A stretch of 64,000 nucleotides of DNA, from NCBI RefSeq assembly GCF_009914755.1, contig NC_060928.1; one strand, 5' to 3'. Below are positions 27,330 through 41,297 of the stretch, in pieces (positions within the stretch are counted from its first letter, which is position 1; every line of letters starts with the position of its first letter). The notes under the pieces are model-generated. The model was not told the origin of the DNA and did no database searches. It worked only from the letters and a program-made list of their open reading frames with translations. A program made the position numbers and the translations under genes. Source of the DNA: the human T2T-CHM13v2.0 reference genome, Homo sapiens.

Positions 27330-27603
27330 GGCCAGGCATGGTGGCTCATACCTGTAATCCCAGCACTTTGGGAGGCTGAAGCGAGAGAATTGCTTGAGCC
27401 CAGGAGTTCAAGACGAGCCTGGGCAACACAGAGAGGTGGGGTGGAAGAGTGGAGGGAGGGGAGGCAGGTGGGGGTCGTGGGGGTGGTGGATCACCTGAGC
27501 CCAGGGAGGCTGAGGCTACAATGAGCCATGATCATACCACTGCACTCCAGCCTGGGCGACAGAGCAAGACCCTGTCTCAGAACAACAACAACAAAAAACA
27601 AAA
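27330..27603 (+). mobile_element. AluJ with a G-rich central replacement
   Basis: Left arm, then non-Alu G-rich 27431-27488, then the 3' part of the right arm. Confidence 0.85.
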
Positions 27604-27609
27604 CCAGAA

Positions 27610-28977
<1,368 letters not shown>

Positions 28978-29056
28978 AGGATGATACTATTTTTTATAAA
29001 GTTCACAAAAATAAACGATATATAGCCATGGGACATATGTATGAAAGCAAAAGGGA

Positions 29057-29467
<411 letters not shown>

Positions 29468-29551
29468 TCATAGGTATTTTATTATTATGTCTTCATCTTG
29501 CATATATTTTTATGTATGCATCAAATACTACCTATAGAAATGTAGTGACCA

Positions 29552-29973
29552 GGCCAGGCATGGTGGCTCACGCCTGTAATCCCAGCACTTTAGGAGGCCG
29601 AGATGGGCGGATCATTTGAGGTTAGGAGTTCAAGACTAGCCTGGCCAACATGGTGAAACCCCATCTCTACTAAAAATACAAAAATTAGCCAGGTGTGGTG
29701 GCATACACCTGTAATCCCAGCAACTCAGGAGGCTGAGGCAAGAAAATCACTTGAACCCAGGAGGCGGAGGTTGCAGTGAGCCAAGATCACACCATTGCAC
29801 TCCAGCCTGGGCGATAGAGTGAGACTCTGTCTCAAAAAATAAAATAAAATAAAATAAAATAAAAAGAGACTGAGGCAGAAGAATCACTTGAACCCAGGAG
29901 GAGGAGGTTGCAGTGAGCCGAGATCATGCTGCTGCCCTCCAGCCTGGGCAACAGAGTGAGACTCTATCTCAAA

Positions 29974-30006
<33 letters not shown>

Positions 30007-30009
30007 AAG
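29552..30009 (+). mobile_element. AluS plus an extra partial right arm inside one TSD pair
   Basis: Dimer 29552-29865, extra arm 29866-30009; TSD AGAAATGTAGTGACCA at 29536-29551 and 30010-30025. Confidence 0.9.
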
Positions 30010-31169
30010 AGAAATGTAGTGACCAGAAATACTTTCATACTGCTAAGAAGAGACTACAAAAAAAGGAAATGATCTTTTCTTAATGTATGCATACTGTATT
30101 ACCTAGTGAATGCAGAAGTATGTATAACTGATATAGGTGGAGCAGTTGAGTTTTTTAGTCACAAAGAATATTAGTCAATCACTAACTTAGTTGTGATCTT
30201 CAACTAGTTATTTAATGTCTTTGAATCTATTTTCTTTTTAACTTTTGAACCTTTTTTTTAACGGTGAAGTATCAAATTACTGTAAAGATGAGAAATGTTA
30301 TTAAGTGACTGGTACAGGCGATACATTTTTTTAAATGATAGCTAATACTCCCCATAACTATTACTCATATCTAAGAAACCCCTTATATTCTACTGAACTT
30401 AGCCTCAAACCACTAAGATAATGGAAGAGTGACTTGTTAAAAACAACAAAAAACGCACCAGAATTTCTGCATTCAAATAAGGTTGCCTCTCAAAGAGACT
30501 ATACACTTCTTTCACTGACCTTGCCATTGCTCAGGATTTTAGAAATATTTCATTCAAACTGTTTAGTGTTGAAAACATTTTTACCAGTAGATGAAAAACC
30601 TCACTTCTTTGAAAGTAGATTTTACCTATGAAAATAGACATGAAATATTTTCAATCATGTTTGATGAATAATCAAGTTAAGATTTTGGTCAAGATTAACA
30701 TATGACTATGATGAGACTAATTCTTTTGAGTGACTTACAAATGATCTCTTCAGGCTATTTTCAAAGATGAGTTTCAAAAGAAGTTTTAGCAATGGCAACC
30801 TTAATTTTTTTAAAAAGCTACAACTTTGCAAGGTTTCTACTTGGAAGGACAACAGTCATCCTAATGCATAGTCTCATTTCTATATAGTACAAGTCTGCAA
30901 TTACTGAAGAGACAACTGCTTAAGATCAGTGAAACTACTTACATCAGTTACCTTCAACCTTTAATTTTCATAAGGGAAAACGAAAAGCTTTCTAAAATTT
31001 TCAGTTAAACATAAAGATCCTTCATATAAGGAGAAAAATATAGCCAACCTATTCAATTTTGTATTTGAGGAATGGAGAATAAACAATTACACAGTTTTGA
31101 CAGGATCCCATAACAGCAATCAAATAATGATGAGAAGCAGTTACACAGACCTTTTAGAGAGAAGTTTGT

Positions 31170-34100
31170 GCTAATAGAAATATGCAATGTATTTTAATTA
31201 AATAAATAGCACTGATGTGACCCCAACTTTTTGATATCCATAGTTGGTGATATATATGACCACTTATTACATTGATTTTCTGGAGTATTATAACACAAAT
31301 TTATAAATGGTTTTAAGAAAATATTATAGAGAAGTTTTACTGACACTTGGAATTTTACATGAAGGGGAAAGAGACATAGCCAATGGCATCCCAGTAATAA
31401 TTTCTTTACACATCTGATACGAGAAACCACAGAAACATTCTTAACTGATACAACATGAATTAGATTCTAAAGGCATTCTTTAAGACATAGAGAAAAAAGA
31501 AACAAAGAAAATTCTCAAGTTTACCATTTACAAGAATAGTTTATGCAATTTCAAGAAGTCCTTACCAAGGCATTCAACAGCACTGTAAGTTCAAAGTTCA
31601 TTTGGGAATTAAAAGAATGAATAAAATACTCCTTAGAGGGAGTACAAAGTTTATTCAAACATTTTAGAAATAATCAATTAATTACATAAGAATATAGTGA
31701 AATCTGTCAAAAACAATGTCAAGTAACTTGTTTTTAAAGTGGCAACGCAATATAGTAAAGCAATGGCTTTAATGACTAAATGAAAGAATCACAAAGCACC
31801 TAGAAATATTTATTGAAGAAATAATAAACAAATTTTCATGATTTATTTTGTCCATTTGCAATTTCAGTATTTTAGCTCTATCTCATATCATTTTTTGGTA
31901 GGTGCTGTTAACATATGAGGTTAAAGTGGTAAGTCTCACAATAAAGTAGCCATCTTCTTTGAATATTTCATCTCTTCATTTCTATGAATATAATCATCTT
32001 TCAGCTGCATGATTCCTTCAGCCTGATTCTCATTTCATGTCTCAATAAACGTGTTTTTGCCTGATAAAGAGAACTGTGCACATATTGATTCTGCTTTTTT
32101 ATCTTTTTTTTTTTTTTTTTTTTTGAGATGGAGTTTCACTCTTGTTTCACCGCTGGAGTGCGATGGCTCAACCTCGGCTCATTGCAACCTCCACCTCCTG
32201 GGTTCAAGCAATTCTCCTGCCTCAGCCTCCTGAGTAGCTGGAATTACAGGTATGCGCCACCACGCCTGGCTAATTTTTGTACTTTTAGTAGAGACAGGGT
32301 TTCACCATGTTGGTCAGGCTGGTCTTGAACACCTGATCTCAGGTGGTCCACCCACCTCGGCCCCCCAAAGTGCTGGGATCACAGGCGTGAGCCACCATGC
32401 CTGGCCTATTTATCTTTTCATACTGCTGTCAGGTCCTTCAAGGCTATGCTTCTGATTGCCCACACACTTTACTTCTGAGTATTTCATATTTTACGGGTAG
32501 GTAGGGTACCAACTTAGTATGTTAGATAACCATTGTATAGTAAAAACCAGAAATGAAAATATAATAACCCTTATAACTCCTTACATATAAGAAAGACAGA
32601 AATACATCAAAGAAAAAACATTTTAAATAATCTCAGGAAACAATAACAAGATCCTCTCCCCGAAAATAAATATAACAAACATATTAGTAACCATAGCTAA
32701 ACAAACACTGTAATATAAGAACTCCATTAGACATAAGAAATAGACATTGAAGCCAGGTTTTGACACTTATTCTCCACATCCAGCCAGTTGTCACCAGTCT
32801 AGTAAGTGCTACAGGGTTAACTGCCTCTGGACTGACTGAAATATGGTTGTACTTACACAAAAGAACACTGGTTCAGATCCAGCAATGACTTATGAACTTG
32901 CCCATAGGTAGAAAAAAATAGCTTACTGGATTTATATCTGCTTCATAAGAGACTTTTATCTGCCAGCCTGACCCCTCTTAAAACTTTTTTTTTTCTTTTT
33001 TGGTTTGATATACTCAACAGGCACTGGCTTTTTTTTGTGATGTGGCTTTTTTTGTGATGTGGCTTTCCACACTATTGTAGAAGTCCAGAATCCCATTTAA
33101 TAAGATGCATGAGCTATTAGTCAATGAACTTTAGGGCTGGATGGATCAACGAAGTGTTTTTCACTGCCCCAGCTTCCTTATGAACCAGATTACTGACCAG
33201 CGGTGAACTACAATAAATTCGAAGACACAACTAACAAAAACTTAGGAAGGCCTGGAAGAGAGGTGCCAAACTGCACTGCAAATACAAAATAAAATATTTT
33301 CATGTTCTTGATAAATATTTATAAAAAAATATACATATAATGAATAGGCCATTTTATAATGCTAGTTAAAACTTTGAAGAGCTGTTAAATCTGTAGGTCC
33401 ATCAATATCCTGGCTTCAAATCAATATGTAGAAATATTTTTAATTAAATTTCAATAAATACACCAGAGGGATTTAAATATGATAAAAACAGTAATTTCAA
33501 TCTCTGTTTTTACCAACAATATGTTTAATTAGTTCGTGATGGGCTTGAACTAATCAATAAACTACAGTCTACAAAAAGGTTTTTGTAAAAATGCATTCAT
33601 TTCTGATAATAAATAAATGCAGATTGATTCTGTACAGTCAGAAAAACCAGGATGGTGGCAAATAGCAAAATAGAGAGATGATAAATCTTGGATCCAAAAT
33701 CAAATGATCAAAGAAGACAGTTAAAGATATTTTCAGACTGCCCACATTAGAGTCATGTAATCTGCATCATTCTTTCTCAAGGTCTCTCAATTGGGCACCA
33801 GAATAACATCAGATCTAAAACCTTGTTCAATATTTCCTCTGGTTCACCTTTTGATTATGTAACAAATACTTTTTGCAAAAGATGAAAAAATAAAACTGTA
33901 AAATCATTTGGATGGAGTTAGCCCAGCTAGGTCTTTTGGTGTCCTAGCAATTCAAACTGAAATTAAAGGCTTCTTATAGCCTATAAGCTTCTGAAAATGC
34001 AGCTAAGTGGCATTCAAAAAGACAGAACATTTTTTCTACTTCCGTAAATATAAAAGAAATTGAAAAATCACCACCTAGAAAAAAAAAGCTAGGCATAAAT

Positions 34101-34581
34101 TCATCAGCACCAAGTAGAAATGATCTTCAAAAGGGGCAAGTCTCTTATGTATCCTTGTGTTAATGAATAGGTACTAATCTCTCCTCTAGGAAAAACCCAC
34201 TGCCTGACGTTAACATCTTTAGGCAAAAGAAAAGGCAAAACTCAACAAATTACATTTTGATTCATCCAAATAGAGAGAGAGAGAGAGATTTCAAGATTTT
34301 TGGCACTACTTTAAGCATTTTTCAGGGTAGGTATGATTTTAAGTTCGACTATCTTCTTCCCTACTCCATTATTTGCAAAAGCAGGAAGTATCAAATTTAA
34401 CTCTATTACTAATAATTCTTCAGGTATCATTCCAAAAGTTGTACTTAGTCACAATACAACAGTTAACATTTAAATAAGACTCTAGTTGCAGTAAAAAGTG
34501 TTGAAAGGTGGTCATATCAAAATCTTGGTTTTCTTTTGTACCTATCAGATATGACTAAATTGTTGGTGGCCAGAACTCAAA
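31170..34581 (-). other. KLHL8: KLHL8 3'UTR (~3.4 kb; end approximate)
   Basis: Follows the TGA; minus-strand ATTAAA at 31193-31198 and AATAAA at 31650-31655, 31809-31814 and 31842-31847. Confidence 0.65.
32105..32406 (-). mobile_element. AluS within the KLHL8 3'UTR (sense to the mRNA)
   Basis: Poly(T) plus antisense dimer on the + strand; TSD-like tttatctttt. Confidence 0.93.
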
Positions 34582-34705
34582 TCACATACAGTCAACCACA
34601 TTATTGGATCCATGACCTACATCTCGAATTTGGCTAGTTAAACAGGAACACACAGCTACTCCTGCTCCAGCTCTGCAGTGAGACACAGATCCAACAAGCT
34701 CCCAC
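34582..34705 (-). CDS. KLHL8: KLHL8 last coding segment (WELVGSVSHCRAGAGVAVCSCLTSQIRDVGHGSNNVVDCM*)
   Basis: cttttcag acceptor, in frame from phase 2, TGA at 34584-34582. Confidence 0.92.
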
Positions 34706-34940
34706 CTGAAAAGACGGAGAAGAAAAAATGTTACAAAGCATAATTTACTTTACTCAAAATACTAACCAAAGACAAAAATTCCCTATGTGAGACTGGTTTT
34801 GTAGGACAGCAAGCTTCCAGTGGGAGATAAGATATCCCAAAGCTTAGTATTAACTACGACTAGCAACATTTTAACACTCTGAAGTAATCTACTATTATAC
34901 CAGAAGATAATATAAAGCACGGAGACAACATGTAAATTAC

Positions 34941-35142
34941 CTATTCAGCACTGGATCAAACGCTTCTACTGTATTTAAGTATGCATTGCCATTATGACCA
35001 CCAACTGCAAAGATTTTGCCCATCACTGTTGCGATTCCCACTCCACCTCTGGGAGTAGTAAGTGCTGCCACATAATCCCACTTGTTGCTTCGGGGGTCAT
35101 ACCGCTCAACTGAACTCAGAGGAGAATTATCATCAAAACCAC
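34941..35142 (-). CDS. KLHL8: KLHL8 exon, Kelch 5-6 (GFDDNSPLSSVERYDPRSNKWDYVAALTTPRGGVGIATVMGKIFAVGGHNGNAYLNTVEAFDPVLN)
   Basis: tag acceptor, AG|gtaatt donor, 202 nt; Kelch GG/Y/W signature; absent from the ORF track. Confidence 0.93.
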
Positions 35143-35929
35143 CTATGTAAAGAAATATTTTAAAAACAGCATTACATTCCTTAGAAATTAACTACTAAAT
35201 TTCAATTCAATGGCTTTTACAACCCAATCTTTTAAAATCATTTTAGAATGGTTTAGAGAAAATTTTTTTAAAAAATTCATCCCAATACCTGTCTACCACC
35301 ACCAACAACTACCATTAGATGTTGTCTACAATTCCACGTTAGGTAAGTGACATTTTCCTCAATACTAGGATTAAAGATCTTGTAAGTAGGAAAAAAATGG
35401 AGTCCCTGTATCTAAGCAGATAATTCAGAGAAAAAGAAAAAAAAAACACAAACATTCATAAATTTGTCCTTAGCCGTCTAGAGACAAGCAAGACAGTACT
35501 GAGATTCCTTCTCTGTGTATTATATCTTAAACAGTAAGAAGGCATAAGAAAGGAATAAACTGAATCATGATTCATCCAGATAAAAGTTAAAGTTTTCCAA
35601 TTGTTTCCCTTAATACTATAATCGCCATCATAATTACAGAAATGGTGGACTATGACTGAATTCTCACCAATTTTTGTCATAACAACATTTTCCTCCTACA
35701 TATTCCAGAAGATAGCAGTCCTTTCTATAGCTCATTCTAGCAATGTACTTAATCTGTTCCTGAGGTTATAGAGACTGTTATTTCAACAGTGCTCCTTCCT
35801 TTAAAAACAAGTGTCTCTTTTTGAGCTCCAAGTCTAAATGAATATAATAGCTTTCTTTGGTGACAGCCTAATTTACTGAGAATAGAAAGTATTGATATTA
35901 TGATCAATCTATATAAAAACAAGGTCAGA

Positions 35930-36236
35930 GGCCGGGCGCGGTGGCTCATGCCTGTAATCCCAGCACTTTGGGAGGCCAAGGGGGGCCGATCACGAGGTCA
36001 GGAGATCGAGACCATCCTGGCTAACACGGTGAAACCCCGTCTCTACTAAAAATACAAAAAAATTAGCTGGGCATGGTGGCGGGCGCCTGTAGTCCCAGCT
36101 ACTCGGGAGGCTGAGGCAGGACAATGGCGTGAACCTGGGAGGCGGACGCTTGCAGTGAGCCGAGATTGTGCCACTGCACTCCAGCCTGGGCGACAGAGCA
36201 AGACTCTGTCTCAAAAAAAAAAAAAAAAAAAAAAAA
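35930..36236 (+). mobile_element. AluY
   Basis: AluY diagnostics, long A tail, TSD aaggtcaga. Confidence 0.95.
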
Positions 36237-36455
36237 GGTCAGAAAAAAAAATTCAAGTCAACCTCTCTAATGGGTTTAATTTTATTAAATCAATTAAAAT
36301 GAAATTCACCAATTTTATCTGCATTCTTTCCATGAATTCTGACAAATGTATAGTGTCATTACCATTACAACCATTATATAAAACATTTTTTCATTATAAT
36401 AAAGGGTTTGGTTTTAATTATTGCTCATGCTAATGTAGATTAAGGGTTTTTTTAA

Positions 36456-36758
36456 ATTTTTGTTTTGTTTTGTTTTGAGACAGGGTCTGACTGTTGCCCA
36501 GACTGAAGTGCAGTAACACAATCACAGCTCACTGCACTCTCAACCTCCTGGGCTCAAGCGATCCTCCCACCTCAGCCTCCTAAGTAGCTGGAACTATAGG
36601 CATATGCCACCACTCCTGGCTAATTTTTTTTTTTTTTAAATAGAGATGAGGTCTCAACTATGTTGCTCAGTCTGGTTTTGAACTCCTGGCCTCAAGTGAT
36701 CCTCCTGCCTCAGCCTCCCAAAGTGCTGGGATTACAGGGGTAATCCCTGCACCTGGCC
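36456..36758 (-). mobile_element. AluJ
   Basis: Antisense Alu with J-type features. Confidence 0.92.
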
Positions 36759-37845
36759 AAGTTTTTGATAGCTATATTTTCCATAGTCTTCTTTTTCACT
36801 AGTTCCCTATCATTTCCCCAGATAATGCATAAAAATGTATTATAACAAAGAATTCAAACCAGGGATAGAAAAAGCAAAATGCAATTAGGATGTTAGACAT
36901 GCCCACACCTTCAATTTTTTCTTATTCAAATCAGTTGTACCTGTTTTAAGTAGAACCTGAATGACCAAGAAGATTTTTTTAATGTTCAACCTGAATCATT
37001 CTTATTTTTACCATGTCTATTCTAATTATAAGGGTCCAAAAGATTTAAAAAGTAACAGCAACAATGTTATTCCTGTCGACATATAACACATGTCAATGCC
37101 TGTGGTAGACAGGGAGCTGTGAGAGGTAGCAATGATGTAACATAAGAACTTTGGATTCACAGATCCAAGTTCAAATTCCAGCTTTGCCACTTATTTATGC
37201 ATGTGAACATGAGTAAATTATTCATTCTCTCTGAGTCTCTTGACTACATTACAGAGCTGTTGTGATAATCAGGCAAGATGTAGAGGTAAATTATGTTACT
37301 TCCCCTCTTCTTTAATACACATGAGCACTGAAAGATTCAGCATTACTTCTGCTACTTATAAGAGAATGCTGTATTGTTAGCATATAAATATCTGTAAGAA
37401 ATATGTTAAGTAACACAAACAATTTACATCAACATATATAAGCAAATGTGACCTTTGCTAGTGACAACCTCTCTGAATTCATTTCCTCCTCTATAAAGGA
37501 AGGTATTACTAATCACAATATAGCTAATCATGTACTGGGGAACTACAAAGTGCCGGAAACACTTTGAGATGCTTAACATGTATTATCTCTTATTCTTAAA
37601 ATGATTCTGAAAGATAGACATTATTCCCGTTTCATAATCATTTAAAGCCTTGCTACTGGAAGTGTGTTGTGTGAACCTGAAACTGCATCACTATAACTTG
37701 AGAACTGTTTGAAACACAGAAACTAGGCCCCTCCTTTGCAATATAACAAGATCTCCAGATTATTCATATGCACATTATGGTCTGAGAAATCACTGATCTA
37801 ATGTTCCTCCCAACTCTGCAATTCAGTAAGTCAAAAAGCAATATA

Positions 37846-40039
37846 GATCAATTACTGAACACTACAGCCAGGGCAAGCCTTGCAGTCCCCAAGTGGTGTG
37901 CATTCGTTCCCACAGCCCCACCAGGAAGCAACGTGCCTGCAGCCCTGAGCCGGATGACCTGGGGACCAGCAGGGCAGCCATGGTGAGGAGAGTGAGGATG
38001 CGGGGGCCGCTCCTGCCAAGAAGGCCCCGGCCAGATAAGACAAGCCCAAGACGCTGCCCTTCTTGCTGCTGGGCAGTTGGTCAGTATCCAGAGCAACGAG
38101 GCTGTGGCCCTACTCAAGACTCATGGCCTGTAACATGTCCATGGGCTTTGGTGAGAGTTGGAAGAAGCACCTCAATGGAATTCGGGAAACGTTATTTTAT
38201 CAAGATAAAAGGATTTGTCGCAGAAGAAAGGAAACATTACACTGTTTATCCACCCCCACACTAAGTCTTCACCTGGACCCAGATGTGTGACATAAGAGAT
38301 GTGAAGGTTGTCATCCCAGGACAGGACCCATATTAGAGACCGAATCAAGTTCATGGGCTGCTTTAGTGTTCAAAGACCTGTTCCACCTCTGCCTGGTTTG
38401 GAAAACATTTATAAAGAGCCATCTACAGATATGGTTTTATTCATCCTGGTCATGGAGATTTATCTGGGTGGGCCAAATAAGGTGTTCTCCTACTCCAGGC
38501 TGTCCTCACTGTTCTGCCCCATCAAGCCAATTTTCATAAGGAAAGAGGAGGCTGGGAGCAATTTACCAATGCGGTTGTGTCCTGGCTAAATCAGAACTCG
38601 AATGGCCTTGTCTTTCTGCTCTGGGGCTGTTATGCTAAGAAGAAGGGCAGTGCCATCCACAGGAAGCAGCACCATGTGCTGCAGATGGCTCATTCCTTCC
38701 CGTGTACAGAGGGTTCTTTGGATGTAGACAATTTTCTAAGACCAATGAGCTCCTGCAGATGTCTAGCAAGAAGCCCACTGACTGGAAGGAGCTATGATCC
38801 TGAGCTGAGGAGTAGTCTGTCTCCATTGGTGGTTATTGGGAAGCTGTTGTTAAAGTATTTGTCACTTACAAAATCAAACTGAAAAATTTCCTATTAATTC
38901 TTAAATACTCTGCATAAGGGGTAAAGCTTCCATAAAGCAGCCATGAACCAGGTTGCCCAGAAATGGCAGCTTTATATAGCCACACATAGCAAAGACTATC
39001 CTTTGGCCAAATGTCTCTACAACATGGCTTCAGCCTAAAATATGCTAACTTCTCAGAAGACAGATGAAGTCAAATGCTCACTTGGCTCTCTTTACCCCAC
39101 ACCCCGCCCCCCGCCTTACCTTTATGGTTAAAGGGGGAAGATATATACCCTTTAGGTAGAACCATAGTTTGATGCCTGCTGTTACTTGGTTTTGCCTAGT
39201 TAGACTTTCAACTACAAGGTGTTTTAGGGGGTGTTTTTGTGTAGAAAGGCCCCCTTTTCCCAGCCTGGCAGGCATTCCAGTCTCTGCCAAGTACACTTAT
39301 ACTCCCTTGATCTTTCAAGGGGCCTTCAGGTCCTTCCTTGAGGGAACTATGAGGGTTTTGCAGGTTTCTAGAAATCTGGCCGTGAAATTAGGGCTCAATT
39401 TTCTGATTGTAGTAAAGGTGAAGACTCCTAAGGAACAGCGCTTGGTGTTGGCCTTAACAGACAGACAAGGGCTGAGGGATGTGAACTGAGTCTTGTTATT
39501 CTTTCGGCGTTTTGTGGAATAAGCAGTGAAATTTAGACAAGAAAGAATAGAAAAGAGAATTCTTCTTTAATGGGGGGAGGTGATTTTCTCCTAGGGTTAT
39601 CCTGAGTTGGGGTTTTTAAGATAGCACAAACTGCTGCATGCTGTTTTTTATGGACTGAAATCAATTTATAATATTTTTTTCTGCAACACTGGAGATTTTT
39701 ATTTTTTAAAAGATATATATATGTATATATATGTGTGTATATATGTGTGTATATATATACGTATATATATGTGTATATATATACGTATATATATGTGTGT
39801 ATATATACGTGTATATATATGTGTGTATATATATGTGTATATATATACGTATATATACACACATATATATACACACACATATATATATCCTTCTTTTTTA
39901 AGACACAATCTTTATTGGGTCTGTACCTTCATCCTTGATCTTGTTAGCAATGCCTTTTTTTGCTGTTAGGTGGGTTAAAGCGTTAAACCTGCATGGGGTT
40001 TGGTAATAAAAGATTGTTAAAGTAAAAAAAAAAAAAAAA
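37846..40039 (+). pseudogene. Processed pseudogene of uracil-DNA glycosylase (UNG, nuclear UNG2-type 5' end)
   Basis: Frame-shifted peptides [73 protein letters not shown] (TGA 38795-38797); no introns; AATAAA 40005-40010; A16; 13-bp TSD AAAAAGCAATATA. Confidence 0.95.
39712..39888. repeat. Complex (TA)n/(TG)n/(CA)n microsatellite
   Basis: ~175 bp of alternating purine-pyrimidine inside the retrocopy 3'UTR. Confidence 0.95.
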
Positions 40040-40083
40040 GCAATATAAACATTGACATGACCTTTATTTATATGAAATACCTA

Positions 40084-40464
<381 letters not shown>

Positions 40465-40640
40465 TTATTGTAGCAAAGCACATTCAATCTGTGTCCTTCC
40501 ATTTAAAAACATATACCTTATTTAAATGTAATCCCCTTCTTTAAATAAATTTGTTACTCTTAGAAAAATAAGGCTGTACATGTTTTAAACATGAAAGATG
40601 AAGATTTAAACAAAAATTATGAATGTGACCTTAACAATTC

Positions 40641-40940
40641 AGCTAGGCATGATGGCCCATGCCTGTAATCCCAGCACTCTGGGAGGGCAAGGCAGGAGGA
40701 TCACCTAAGGCCAGTTGTTCATGACCAGCCTGGGCAACACAGCAAGAACCCATCTCTACAAAAAACAGAAAAAAACTGGCTGGGTGTGATAGCCTGGGCC
40801 TCTAGTCCTAGCTACTTGAGAGGCTTGAGGCAGGAGGATCATGTGAGCCCAGGAGTTCAAGGCTGCAGTGAGCTACGATTGTGCCACCGCACTTCAGCCT
40901 GGGCAACAGAAAGACACTGTCTCCCTCTGAAAAAAAAAAA
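40641..40940 (+). mobile_element. AluJ
   Basis: Diverged dimer with A tail. Confidence 0.9.
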
Positions 40941-41137
40941 CAAAGAATTCAAAAGCATCAGACTGAACATGTACAATTCTCTGTTAATTATAAACAAAAT
41001 TTTGTAAGAAAGAATTCAAAAGCACATTTCAGGACCGATTCTACTTAAGGCTAAATGCAATGTAATTTTTGTTACTCTGTTATATGACACTTGTCATTGT
41101 ATATACTGATATATTAGAGAAATACCCATTTACTCAC

Positions 41138-41297
41138 CAACTACGTATAAGCAACCATGAAGCTTGCTAACTCCATTGCCTGCTCTTCGCTGACCCATTT
41201 CTTTAACTTCTATCCACTTATCCAGATGTGGATCATATCTCTCCACGCTAGATAAAGAAGCCATTCCATCATTGCCACCTACTGCATAAACATGGTT
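41138..41297 (-). CDS. KLHL8: KLHL8 exon, Kelch 4 (NHVYAVGGNDGMASLSSVERYDPHLDKWIEVKEMGQRRAGNGVSKLHGCLYVV)
   Basis: tag acceptor, G|gtgagt donor, 160 nt, phase 0 to 1. Confidence 0.93.

Noticed and set aside
34582-34596. KLHL8 C-terminus VDCM as a prenylation motif
   Set aside because: Cys is at position -2, not -4 as CaaX requires
37893-38882. UNG-like ORFs as a functional or programmed-frameshift glycosylase
   Set aside because: Multiple stops and frameshifts, loss of the His in GQDPYH, a disrupted HPSPLS motif and no ATG; consistent with neutral decay
39533-39969. Tyr/Ile/His-rich ORFs on both strands
   Set aside because: Artefacts of the TA/TG microsatellite
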